A stretch of 64,000 nucleotides of DNA, from positions 7,130,001 through 7,194,000 of the forward strand of contig NC_134025.1 in the NCBI RefSeq assembly GCF_964204645.1, read 5' to 3'. The notes under the pieces are model-generated. The model did no database searches. It worked only from the letters and a program-made list of their open reading frames with translations, and was not told the DNA's origin. This document shows, piece after piece, positions 1 through 13,233 of the stretch. The position numbers and the translations under genes are program-made. Every line of letters starts with the position of its first letter. The first letter of the stretch is position 1. The DNA comes from Tubulanus polymorphus. Taxonomy: Eukaryota; Animalia; Nemertea.

Positions 1-3000
1 TTCTGGAATCGTCTGGAAGGCGTTGAAGTTATATGCCGCTAACGATGGCGATGAAATAGTTACTCACTTTATCAGCACTACTGCTAGAGTGTTCAACCAT
101 AAATATTATGAATAATAAATGAAGGACTTTACACTGCTGTTAATATCTGCAGATCATATCGTAACTGTTTATTCCCCATCCCGCGTGCACTACAACCCGG
201 CAGCTTTCGTATCTGTTTTTGCTGCAAATCGCCGAGATCCTGAAAATCTGCTTTTAAAGCTGGCGAGTTTAAAGGACTCGTGAACATGTCAAGATTACCT
301 TACAACGTTGTAAACACTCGACGAAACGAAACATGGAATTTGATACATGCGCTTTCGCTGTAAAAGTGAAAACGAATTTCAAAGCGAATAGGACTGTTAC
401 AAAATTCATCAAAAATTCTACATTCACAAGAAATTCCGTCAGAATCTCCAAAAGAGTTTATCTGAGGTCGGGACAGCTTCATATAAAAGGTAAACGTTTC
501 GGTCATTATTTCTGCACGCAGATTAGCGGATTCTAGTATATGAGAGTTCTGCATATTGAATGATATTGTAGGGAAAAATATAGTGAGATGCATAGACACA
601 ATACTGCCATGTGTCACTTAGAAATGGATGCTTTGAAATAAGGAAGTGACGAAAGAGAAAAGTACATTATAGTGATTGCAGAGGTGTAACGTTTCTCACG
701 CGGGAACCGATGGTGCAACAGAATGCCGGCTTTCAGGACATAAACGATGCTTGTCAATATTATTGAGCCTCGGGGTGAATTATTAATATATGAAGAACGC
801 GACTGTGCTCCGAGATTTGTATTTAATTCACCAGATTTCAGCGAATGTCGGAGATAGTTCATTCCAACGAATACAGATTTTTCGACATTCTATATCCTCC
901 GAAGACTTTTTTGTCCGGTAGCAAATTCTTTCCCAGGGATAATCTAAGATGATTCGTAAATGTAACCTCATGATAATTTTTTTCTATTTTCACACCATGA
1001 ATTCGTAAAGATGAATTCATCTAATCTGTTCGTAGCACTCCTGATCATGATTATAGTCGAGTAGGATAATCAACAATGCATGTACAACCAACACCGTTTT
1101 ACTGTTAGAATATGTTTCTTGTATTTTTGAATAAATAGATCATTGCTAAAGTCTGTGACACCCGCGTGTAGCATTACGATTCTGCACACGCAACTTGGTA
1201 GGCAAACTTTTGAAGGCTCATTCGCACGCGAAATATTCAAAGGACCATATCAAAATTTGAAAAAAAGTTTTACCAGCTATCTTTGTGAAAACTTTTATAA
1301 CCTGAGAAGCTTTATGAATATACTTTGAATGATCGATCAGAATTGCAATCGAAAATTGTATGCAGTAACGCTGATCAAAGCTCTAAGTACACTTCGGAAA
1401 TATATGCAAAGGTCGCTTACGCAGGGCCGTAAAATGAAATGTTTTGCAATTCTGACGATGCAAGAAACACGACGCAGCTCGGCTCCGGGAGTACTGTTCG
1501 ATATAAATGGCTGTAAGCAGTTAATAAGCCGATATAATATTAGTATTGACCTGTGATCGCTTGTTCGCCACATTATTATATTTCATCGAGCAAATATACA
1601 AAACCACCTTAAGACAGGAGGCTGGGTGTGGAAATGAGATTCTCGGCGTTCGTCTAATTACCTGGCAACACAGATAATACGTCGAATAAGTCATACGCCT
1701 TCAGTCTTCAGTCGCCGAGAAACACTTATCGGACTCTTATTAATAAAAACGGCTTAATTATTACGAGCGTTATAGACTCTATTGATGTCGAATTATTTCT
1801 GTGGCGATGAATAACATTACGTACGACACCTGATAAATCTAGAGTTCGATATTGGTGGCTCGGTTATTGTGACTCGCGATGCCAGTCAACGAAAAATAAG
1901 CTTCGAAAAGTTGTACGTTGATTTTGCCCACAAAATACTTTGACCTGAACAAAAAGAAAGTTTATAAAATGAACGATACGGTTCATAGATACTATATATT
2001 CTTAAACTCGATAATATAGGGTAATATATCCAATATACATTACGTGATTTAGATCATTAATGAATCGAAGAGATTATACTATATGTTTTTATGAGACAGT
2101 TTTACTACGTTTGTCGCGGTGTATTGGTCGGTCATCTCGGTCAACTCTCAGAAAAACTGAAGACCTCTCGTTATCTGTATACCGACTAACCCCTTGGAGT
2201 AAGTCTGGACAGGAAATACAAAAGCGAGAGTCCATCTGCAGAAGCTTCGCCAGTGCAATGTGACAAGACGATGCACGTAATGGTGATTCTGATGACAATT
2301 GACTTGTCAGTGAGTTGCGCAGAAGAGACACCGGCAAACAGCTCGATGCGAGGCTAATCTTGTCAGAGTAAGTTCATTTCCTATGGACTGCTCATTGATC
2401 TAATGTCGTTTTATGCATGTGTCACTGGTCACACAAAACGAGTCTTTTACACGAACGGCAGAAAATACTCGAGTCCAACGGCATCTAATAGCTATCGGCG
2501 CTATACCGATGCTAGTTTCCGGTTTATCGTTACAATTTCAGTGTAAGTGGATGGTACTTGATTTCCAAAATTTTCAAGATAGCGAGATACGGTTTCCATA
2601 TAGCGGCAAAGCCATCGGTATCTGCTTACCAAATTGAGCGATTGCTGAAAACAATATTGAGTGCATTATTTGAGTACTGTAATTGTGATCGTGCACGAGG
2701 TGTTTAATAGGCAGTAGAGCCAACCTTCATAAAAACGTAGAAAAAAGTAGTAGTTATTCCAGTTCCAAAACGGGAAAATCATATTTTTCATTAAGTATTA
2801 TATGCATCGGCTACAAATACAAAATTCATAAGCCGCTATAGAAACAAATGGACTGATAGTCCGGTATGACTCCCGGCAGTCTGAGCTTTTTGAAAGCGAT
2901 TCAATTCATCAATTACGTCGTGTTGGCTAAGTCTATTATTGCGTTGAAGATATCCGAACGGTTTCATGTGTGACCAGAATAGCTTATTGCCGATTTAAAA

Positions 3001-3136
3001 ACAAAAGCAAATCATTAAGTTTGTTATCAAATCATAATTACGAATGACTCAGGAGGGAATTATTATGTCCTGACGCAAACACGCGAGTTGAGAGCGGGCA
3101 GTTTCCATACTGTTGAACTAGTAATATTACATGAAC

Positions 3137-3392
3137 TCATTTGACGCCGCAAAAACTGTTACAATAACGTTTGATAACTATTCGTTATCTAAGCGGTTCT
3201 GTGTGAGTCGATGCGCACTACGTCATCAATATTGGCGCTTCGAAATAACAATTACAATTGCGAATATTGGCGTTTATTTTGTATTCAAATTCATTCCATG
3301 ACGCTTATTTTATTTTTGATAAATATGAGTAATCATTTTTGAGAGGAGGTGCACTACGTCATCGATATACCGCATCTAGACTGGTTGACGGT
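3137..3392 (+). repeat. Dispersed repeat, copy A
   Basis: Aligns by eye to the reverse complement of 53586-53830, e.g. ctgtgtgagtcgatgcgcactac and atttttgagaggaggtgcactacgtcatcgatataccgcatctagactggttg. Contains the internal repeat gcactacgtcatc twice. Confidence 0.8.
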
Positions 3393-6300
3393 CAATTCTT
3401 TTCTATCATCGACACATCTAAATCCAATATTACTCTATCGATTCTATTATATGATCTATAATATACTATTAATTGTCGACAATGTTAAGCAGTATATGTG
3501 TTGTTTATCAAGGCGTCAATAAACTTTCAAGTTTAGTTTTCTTGTTTATCGTACCAGGGACCATACTTAAACTCCACACTCCACTAAAGTCTCACTGTTT
3601 TGAAGAAGAAGCAGCAGATTGTTAATGTTTTAACCGATCTAATTTTTTTCCATCTCGAACTATATACCGATTTCCGTCGCACGCAAATTGTTTTACATTT
3701 CATTTTATTTGCACATTTGCCCGTGTTGTTAATAAGAAAATCCGTGACATAAAAGTTCATCGATTTCGACGGAAAAATATGTCGGTATATTACAAGTGCT
3801 CTATAAATAGTGTGAAGCAGTGACCGCGCGTTTATTGAATATTGTATCGGGTAATATATTCCTACGAGACTCGGCAGGCCAGCAGATGAATTGGTCTTGT
3901 AATGGCCATCCGGTTCATAAATCAAACCTCGCCGCACCAAACTTGTACAAATCGGTGGATTAATCATAACTAAAATAAATACCTCTTTTATTTGTCCGAT
4001 CGGATAATCATGGACATCGGATCGGCCGGACTGCTGTGAATCCCGGTGAAAGCATGCTCGCCTTGCTTTCTCCGGGTGAAAAATTAATACGGCCGGCTAC
4101 TCATCGACTAGAGGATGAGAGAAAATTTCACCATCAGTGCCAACGATGATTTGAATAATGTAAATGCAATTTACGACAAAAATCCCATCAGAGAGATGAG
4201 ATATGTGAGTTGGTTTTGCCCAAAAAGTTGCTGATGCATCTGCATGTCTTAAAAGCTGATAGTTAAAACATTGTCATAAATGAAATGAGAATCGAAAGAT
4301 TAACTTTTTCTTGCTGACACAACATTTAGCGGTTCGATTCGGGTATTGTGAATTCCATCTTTCAAGAGAAGTTGACTTACAAACTCAAATTCTTTATTGA
4401 TTTCAACTCTATGAATCTCGTCCTGTTCATTGCGGGTTAAATACTAATTCTGAAGCGGAATAATTCATTTTCGGTTATTCAACCTAAGATGGTAAACCGA
4501 TGTCATAATTTGCACTATAACTATACTATCGACTCCATGGTTGTTCACATGGTTCAGAATCTGCCGCTAACGTTATTTCCAATATCAGATTAATTGAACG
4601 GGAACGACACTGAGTAATATATCAATGGCAATCAAACACTTCGGTAAGACTTATACAACTAATTGAGAGAAGAACCGGTAAATAACAAGAACCCTTCATA
4701 ACTAATCCTACTTATTCCCTACTTATACGGCTAATAAATGCAGTCAGTTGATGCCTAAGTTGATGATGACTGAAATATGAAATATACGTTGATCGTATCA
4801 TTTCAGCTCGCTAATAAACTGGCCAGGTATAATTAGTTTATTGAACACGATAGAAATATATATTTTAGATAATTTCGTAAGGCTCATTCTTATACTTTAA
4901 TTCTTTTCACGCTTCTCGCAAAGCAAATGGATAATTCGACATATAAAATGAGACGCCGATTACGATCCTAAGGAAACTGATGCCTGACATTACTCCTGAT
5001 CACCGTTGCTGGCCTTGGCTATTGAATGGCCATTCAGAAGTTAGTTAAAGGGACAAGTATGCTGAAAATTTCCTTGGATACCGGTAATGTGATGGGCAAA
5101 GCGACGAAAAAGCTGTCTGGTAAACGGAATAGCAGGTATCAACATTTTGATGAGTCTCAGTAGTACGATCACACGTGTCCCTAATGGTGATGTATCATTT
5201 CTGATCCACAATTTATAACCACGGCGAGCAAAAGGTCGAATTAAGAGAATTACCGTCAAACTGGATTGTATGGACGGCTGCATGTTCACCGCGTAATTGA
5301 GGACTGACTTGGGATATGGTTGCGACGTGTTGGTGGCGAAATGAAAACGACAGGCCGAAAGATTTGCAAGGCTATCTATTTCAATGAGAAACATAAGTGT
5401 AATTAATGTTTCGCCGTCATAATCCGAACATTTCAAGATTGAAAACTGACGACTGTTGAAGTGGCACTTCAAAACCGTGGAAAAAATGTATTTACACAGT
5501 CATGTGTACTGAAGAAATGTTTGTAAGAACTGCGCGATGAAAACAAATTGAAACTGAAGATTTAAATCTGACTAAAATTCATTTTGTTGCATATTTGAGA
5601 TGGATTTCATCTTCAAAACGTCGAGGGAAAAGCATATCTCGAAAAATTATGCTTGACGCTGATTTTCCCGCTGTTTTTATTGGGTTATCGTTCTTCTCTG
5701 CAAAAACAATTCTGGTGAGTAAAGATAGGCGGTAGAAAGTAAGCGATCTTACATGTAGGAAAATAATGAAGATAGCGGCTAGTTGATTAGTTATCTGTCG
5801 TGCATACAAAAACCCATTAACTGTCATTTTACGACTAACGAATGACCTGGATTCCTAATCCGCACCGCAACGATATCATCCACCAAACTCCGGCAGACAC
5901 CAAAAAGTGGCGCGTAAACCAGTAACCGTGCATCTTTCAACACCGAGCCAATAGCGGATTAATAGTCCGAAGAAGGACTATTACCTACAGAAGAAAGAAT
6001 GCCTAATCGTAACGCAAGGTGTCTGTGATGGGTCCTTCAGGGACTATAATTAACCACTGACATTACCTAATCAATGTATCGGAGCGGTGAATCTCAATGA
6101 CCTCATAAAAAGTCCGGAGATGCGTCCAGTGTCGATGCCGAGTGACCGGTAAACAACAGGAAGGTAAACGCGTTAATGAAAACGAATGGTCGGGAAAGAG
6201 AGCGCTCATGAGGACACATGTTCCTGTCTAAGCAATACATAAGTCTCAATATAACCGCAGAACGAGTCTGCAATATTTCACACAGGTTCGAGCATTATTT

Positions 6301-6961
6301 TCTACTGTCGAGATCTATAAATTTCTCGGAGTGTAATGCAGACGGTTATATTTCTTTGGTAGATGAGAAATGCGATAAATGCACTAAAATAATTTTGTTG
6401 AATTGTCACTTCATCGATGAAATCATGTAAGATCTAGGTTAGGCGTTATGAAATTCAAGATCATCATAATAAGATCACTTCTTTTTTTCTAAGCGCAGTT
6501 GCGTTTGGAGTGCTGTAACAGCTAAAAAAAAGTTTTCTTGACATCAAAGATTCCACGAGGTTCGTTGATGCCCTATTCGATTTCTATGGCTTTCAGACTT
6601 TTTTTATTTGACAAAAGTTTGCCTGACTGTTTACTCGTCTAACTGGAGACTTTCCCGATAAGATAAGATCTAGTTGCCTAGCAACTGAAACAATGCTAAA
6701 TGAGAATGACATGCCCAGAATAGCTCACCGAGATTTTTCCGCCCGATTCTTCGACTCAACGAAATGTTCATTACGGCGCGCGATTATTGCTTAATTACAA
6801 CGCGAGCAAAGTCTTGTATTATTCATGCATTTTCCTGTTAGTAATACGCCGCAAAACTGCTCGATATGATTGACAAAATAAGCCCGAATTAACGATCATG
6901 TGACCTTTTGACTACTAACTGGGTCACTACGAGCACTGCGGTGTGCAGCGGCATGAGTATC

Positions 6962-7068
6962 GGGCGGAGGCGATTTGCGCTGGTAATCCCTGGTGCGCCT
7001 GAGCCCTGAGCCAATGGGTTTGTATCAATCATGCCGATTGATGCAACCGCTTCCTCTCGCAGTCATTC
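6962..7068 (+). promoter_or_regulatory. Putative TATA-less pol II promoter
   Basis: GC box gggcgg (6962-6967), CCAAT (7011-7015) and Inr-like gcagtcattc (7059-7068) occur in canonical order within a GC/CpG-rich island. Confidence 0.4.
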
Positions 7069-7110
7069 TCTCTCGTTCTGCGGCGCATCCCGCCGCCGCA
7101 GAACGAGGGA
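7069..7110. other. Stable GC-rich hairpin (17-bp stem, 8-nt loop)
   Basis: ctcgttctgcggcg (7072-7085) is the perfect reverse complement of cgccgcagaacgag (7094-7107), extended by tct/gga with one G-U pair. Confidence 0.75.
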
Positions 7111-10100
7111 TTTGAGAGATCAACGCCGATGTGTGAATTATCCCGTAATACGCAATACGACGATTCGCGTACACGACGCGCCGGCGGAGACCGTAGAAAA
7201 AAAACCGCCAGTTAGATTCTCACTCGCGATAAGAATGTTTCGACGAGATGTCGATGATGATGGTGCTGGTGACGCCGATGTGGTCGATGCGCGGACAGCA
7301 ATGGTTAGCTTCTGGAGATCGGCTCGGAACCCAGAAAATCACATTTCTAAAATCGAATAACTAAGTGCCGTGTCCAGGCCTGCAAAACCTGAAAATGAAA
7401 CTCAAAACACGAAACAACATAGATCAAATCAGCCGTGCCAAATTTGCCGATTTGATTCCATTTTCTCTAGCTTTTCCTATCGTAATGGTCGGCCTTTTTC
7501 ATGAGACGCAAACGCACAAAACAGCCTTGCCAATTCATCTCGGCTAAGCTTTCTCTCCGTATTTAATACTACGCTGCATTATTCAAAAATTATTCAGATA
7601 GGTAGTGAAAAGAAAATTGAATGTCGCCAAACATTAATAAACGGCTATATTTCATACAACATTCGGATATGAAGTGGTATCTTGAACGGCATATTTCAGC
7701 TTTCCTACGGGACGCGTAACATCAAATATTCATGCACGAATTCTTGAATTACTGGACATCGTGTTTATAGAATAAACTCGTTACTTCAAAGAGAATGCAG
7801 CGAATGTGTTAAACGGTGAGTTGGAAAATTAATCCTCGAGTCTTTGCGGGTGTAAATCATTTCGGCTCCAGTCCCAGACGTGTTCGTATAAGATTATTCT
7901 AGCGTTCTGTATTCGTCTTATAGGCAAAAACGAAGGCGCACGCGTTCAGTACTGATTTATCGCCCGGTGGGAGATGACGCCGACGCTACAAATATGTCAC
8001 ATGAGATAGACAAAGCCCGGTGAAAAGAAATAAGTTAAATCTTCTCATTTCCTTTGCGGACCAATTGTCCGGTGATTTTATGAGACAGTAAGCGAACCAT
8101 TCGCATACTGATCCAGGTGTGGCTATATGTATCACGCAAACACAGTCACAACTTCCGTATTATAAATTAGTATTACACACACGATATGCATTTTCGGCAT
8201 GTAAATGGAAGGCCTCGGTTGAACCCGTCCGACAGGGATTGAAATGGTTATTTCCGTAAACACATACGATGTCTGGGAAGTGAGCCTATGATTGAAGCCG
8301 AGACATGCCACTAAGGAGTAGAAGCGTTTACGAGTCAATTAAACAGTTCGTGCAGAAACAAAATAGCATCCAGTCAAGAGGATACCAGGTGATATCTGTC
8401 AGCCATTAGAATGCCTTAAATTCAGATTGATAGATTTCTCAATAAATCGTCGTCCATTAAATCCCATGCGATTCGAAAAAGGGGTACGGAATAGCTGATA
8501 GGCTACAGTTGAAAGGCTGACTATCGCCTTGGTCTATTGCCTCGATAACAACGCACCATCTGCTATCTTTCATCAGATAGACACGAGCTCCTGGCGGGTG
8601 TTTACCGAAAAAGTATATCAGGTATAATTGTCATTTCGGTGTAAATCCAATCACCTAACAGCTCTTTCCGATGTCTCCGTTAACCCTGGCATCTATGATT
8701 CACTCGTGCAGCTTATGCATCATGACTCGAGGGATAGTCTCTCGAACACACGTGATCTGATGGCCAATGTTCAAAAAATCGCTCAAAAACCGTTATCAAG
8801 TTCATTGTTAAAACGCAACGTTTCCGGGATCATTTAAAAGGGATTCGTCCAATAGTTAAAGGGTTTTGATTAGAGTTAAGAGTTTAAAGATTACAACTTT
8901 ACTTCACGGACTCTTTCGTTTTAGAGTTCATGACAGCATCCAACCTCAGGATAAAACATAAAACAGTCGATTCAGAACGAAAACATCGTCAGAAATCCTC
9001 GATATAAACGCACTTGATAACCCTATATATGTATTCATGTTGAATAAATTGTAAATTCAAAAACTTGCAAAAAAGCCATGTCAGTAAAATTGGATATATT
9101 AAGTGGATTTAAATGAAAAACTATTATGACGAGAGATACATGAAAGAACGCCGCCGCCTCGCGTTCTCCAGTACTCTAGGGTCCTGATGTGCACCAGCTT
9201 GAAGACAACGCTCACGACGTAATGTCTGGATTAAACAGAAAACATTATCAGAATTAGAAACTCATTTCATGGAATATAATTTCAGTAATGTCCTCATTGA
9301 GCTCTTATCCTGATGATGGGTCCACTAAGGGGAATAGAATTTTTAGCAGATACCTGAACGACCGACCAAGCCTCCGACCACCGATATCAATTAAATCTTT
9401 TACAAGACGATTTTTCCAAATATGACTGGAATTAAGTGGTCCTTCTTTAGATGATATGGAATTGTGAACTATCATAAGCCTCGCGGTACTTTTCACTGGC
9501 ATGACTGATTTCTGGACGCTATTTCTACGGTTACACAGGTGGTGGAAACTTGATCAAATCTGTTTGAATTGCTCGTGAAATGTGATTCGCTGTTGTCAGG
9601 ATAATGTCGGATTTACTTCGCGTTGATTAACTAACGCGGAATTGGTCAGATTTGATTTATAAAATCGTACGACGTCGTTTACACCGAGCTTGTTATAGCA
9701 GGCCGTCACTCTTTTTCGACATCTTTATTTTTTTGTTTAGTGTCCCTGAACCAGAAATAGATGGAAACTCTGGTGCAAATTCTGGTGCAAGGACTGGTAG
9801 ACGATGTCGCTGGAAGGATTACCCAGGTCTGGTCAGGAAATGGAAGCTCTTCGGATGTGGATTGTCATCAAAGGGAAACAAAGATTTGGACCTGAACATC
9901 TAAAAAAGACATCTCTTGTACATTTACTGCTGGCTTTATAGCCTAATTAATGATATCGTGTGGGCGGATGGGTGTTTTTATGTATTCCGCGCGCAAATTG
10001 TACTAACCATACCTCGAATTAGTGACTAATAACAAATCTCATTCTCTGCCCCCAACTTCCTTCCGCCCTCCGCCTGTCTGTGCGTCTGTCCGCCCGGCGT

Positions 10101-12963
10101 GGATTTATACAGAAAATCGTATTTATTCAACCAATTTTTGTCGACGCAATCACCAAAGCATAAATACCGCTTCACTTTTCAATGATACCGGTACTATATA
10201 TATATACAATGTACTTGAGATTTTGTAGTATATAGAAATGGTATGATTCATGAGGCGAACGGCGAGATGACCTTCTTCAGCGGACTGGTCAGAATTTTGC
10301 TGAACAGCTTCCCAGGGCAGTACTTAGCGACACTGAAGTCAATGAAGCGAACTCCACGACACTAATATAAGTATAGATATTGAGCGCGCAGAAAAACTGA
10401 TCCATGCATGCTAATTCCGCGGAGCCAACGCTATAAATTACCCGGAATATTGTGTCATCAATTTCGACCCATTCAAAAGTGCAGTCCATCATTCCTCGCC
10501 GTGGCTTTATACTGGATATGTGTAAATAGCTTCATGAAACGGCGATCGGCGCTGTCAACTGAAGACGTCGCGTTGTCCGGAATGACGGAAATAATTGGAA
10601 ATTTCATTTCGATTATTCCCGCAGTCGGGAACGCACTTTGCGTGGTTCAGTCTCGTAGAGTTTAAACGTATACGGTCCATGGAAAATACAGCTTGGCCGA
10701 CCGCCGAACTTAAGAAATACAAATAATTGGCGTGTTCACAAGCAGAAACCCAACCATCAATTCCAGCCAGGATTTAAGCAATGGCATTTATTTCACCTAG
10801 AGATAAGACGTATTTGGCTAATGCTTTGATCGTCTGATAAAAATAAATCGTCTCTTCATAAAGACGAATAGCGGTTTTCTTGAGATAGAATTTACGTAGA
10901 AAACATGAGGCGTTTTTCGCATTTAGTAAATTTATCTCCTCAACTCCATCGAGTAACTCTGAGATGACTAACAGTGGCTATGATATCAAAAGTTGCGTCA
11001 CAGTGAAATTTACAAGGCTAGAAACAATATGTGAAATCATTTGAAATTAAAATTCACGAAAGATCAAAACCAATAAGACACGCTTGAAAAGGGAAACACC
11101 GAATGATAACGTGATCCAGCTGATTGGTTGCGCGATTGATCACGACACCTGGGATATTAAATTTCATCGATTAAAGATGGCGGAAAATTAATGAAATATC
11201 AACAACACCGGTATACGCCCTAAATCGAAACCAACTGGTGAAATCGTAACGCGCATTTCGAAACCTTAATAAGTTCTCTGGAAATATGATTGAGTATGAA
11301 TTACAAGACAAAGCGAATTAAAACAACATTCGACAAAGGAAATCACCATTAGGGATTTCTTCGGCTATCTGTTCTGCGCGCTCTTCTGCCGCGGATTAAA
11401 CCTGACGAGATTCGCACTACGGTGTAACTGACACCTGACCGGGATATTATATTAAATTTCTAACTGCACTTCCGATGTAATCTTTGCGATCAGAGAAATC
11501 TGCTGATACTTATCACAGCGCAAGCTGTGTACAGTCGTGTGAGATAATCGTCTCAGTTCACGAGCTTAAAACTGCTGTTCCCCCCATATACATTCTTGGT
11601 GAACATAACGGATTTTCGCCGAGGGTGTTTAGCACTGGCCACCGATATATCTAGCAACTAGTAAAAGTGTCGAATGATCCCCTACCAGTGGGAATTGACA
11701 CAAATCTCGATATTTGACCGTACGATCAAAAAGTTAGGTTAGGTTTAAGCTAGTTATAGGTTTACAACTAACGCAGTTGGTCGCCGCTAATGCGTCAACG
11801 GTTTTCGTTGTTCTTCTGACGGTACTCACCATCACGGTCACCGCGAATGGACTCGTTCGTTGTTTACTTAAGAGAGGGAAAGAGCCCTTACGATGAGTAG
11901 CTTTCACCGGAGGAAAATATTTATTTACGGTCCGCGTATAGAAAAAATCACCCGCATTTCTCAGCAAGCGATGGTCAAATGATAAGTGTTCATTCGTGGA
12001 AATCAGTGGTTTTGATCATGATCGAGCTTTGATTCGAATAGTTGTTTTTTTATGCGTTAAAACACATACAGTGAAGTACTTTTAGCCAAGTAGTACTTTT
12101 ATAACCTTGGTTTATAAATATTCCCTTTTTTCCTCGTGAGGAAAAGTATAGGTAGAAAACGCTCTCAAATTGATATGTCGAGTCAATAATACAAGCGAAG
12201 AACTGATGAATATTTGCTTAAATTGGGTGCATTACATGTCTTCCTGCTAAAGCCACTTTGAGCAGGATATTATTGTAACTTGAGCCCATAAATCAAAGAA
12301 TACAAATACTGACGATCCGGCCATATTTCTGAGATACTGAGAAAGTTTCAAATCGTTCACAGTACTGACTGCAGAATACCGACCTAAAACTTCATTCAAT
12401 TGATAGAGACAGCATATGATCATATAATACCATATTGGAGGCTGATATATCAGCAATTCATAGCAAGAAGATTCATAATGGATAAGTTAATTGCCATAAA
12501 GGCCACATTGTCACCTTGGTTGGAAATATGCAGTCAATACATTGCGGCTATACACCAAATTGATACATATAATATACGAGTCTATCGGAAAAGTGAATCT
12601 TGGCGCTGTCATAAACAACGCCGGTAATATTTCTCTTGATCAACACTTATACGAAAATAAGACATTTCGAGTGTAAGATAAATGCCTGCAACGTTAATCC
12701 GTTAATGATTAACGATGTTTTAAGACGCTGCAGTCGATAATCGGTGGAACGTTGCGGAATAAAGCGAAATCACTGCGAATTAATCAAGATCAAACATTCC
12801 GATGTATTAATACCGACAATATTTTTCGCTGCCTACTGAAAATATAAGTTTTTCGAGTCAATCAAATATCCAGTTATGGAGTATATAGCTGCACCAAGCT
12901 GCTATATGCGGATGTGCGCATAACAATTTCTACTTTCAAACGGATAAACTGTACTCACTATAG

Positions 12964-13233
12964 CAGCGATCGTTCACACGGGTGCTATATGGGCCCGTGC
13001 CTGTTTAGCCAGGGCAATATTAGGCCGACCAAGAACGTCGGACCAGGCCTCAAATTATCGCGTGTGAATTGCTAGAGGTTCCGGAAGTGACTCACTTTTC
13101 CAAGCATTGCTTAGTGCCGAGTAAGTGATTTGCGTGTGAACGCGCTCTCTAATTAGGCGCCAGCCAAATTCGACTCAGGCCTGATCCGTGACGAGTTGGC
13201 CTGCGCCAAATCGTCTCCGTGTGATAGCGGCTT
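12964..13233. mobile_element. Degenerate GC-rich MITE (Harbinger/Tourist-like)
   Basis: Termini ...ttcacacgg and ccgtgtga..., plus an inner inverted pair ggccgacc...cggaccaggcct / aggcctgatccg...gttggcc. GC content stands out from the flanks. Confidence 0.5.

Noticed and set aside
4069-4090. Resemblance to the miR-36 family (tctccgggtgaaaaatt)
   Set aside because: Seed mismatch, and the hairpin is too short to pair a 22-nt mature strand.
5041-5472. 143-aa ORF, and similar 100-140 aa ORFs at 300-617, 3584-3967 and 47323-47739
   Set aside because: No domain resemblance; lengths are expected by chance across six frames of 64 kb.
11511-11529. miR-2 seed tatcacagc with a small GCAA-loop hairpin
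   Set aside because: Only the seed matches and there is no pre-miRNA-length stem. A by-eye scan for other conserved bilaterian miRNAs found only seed-level matches.
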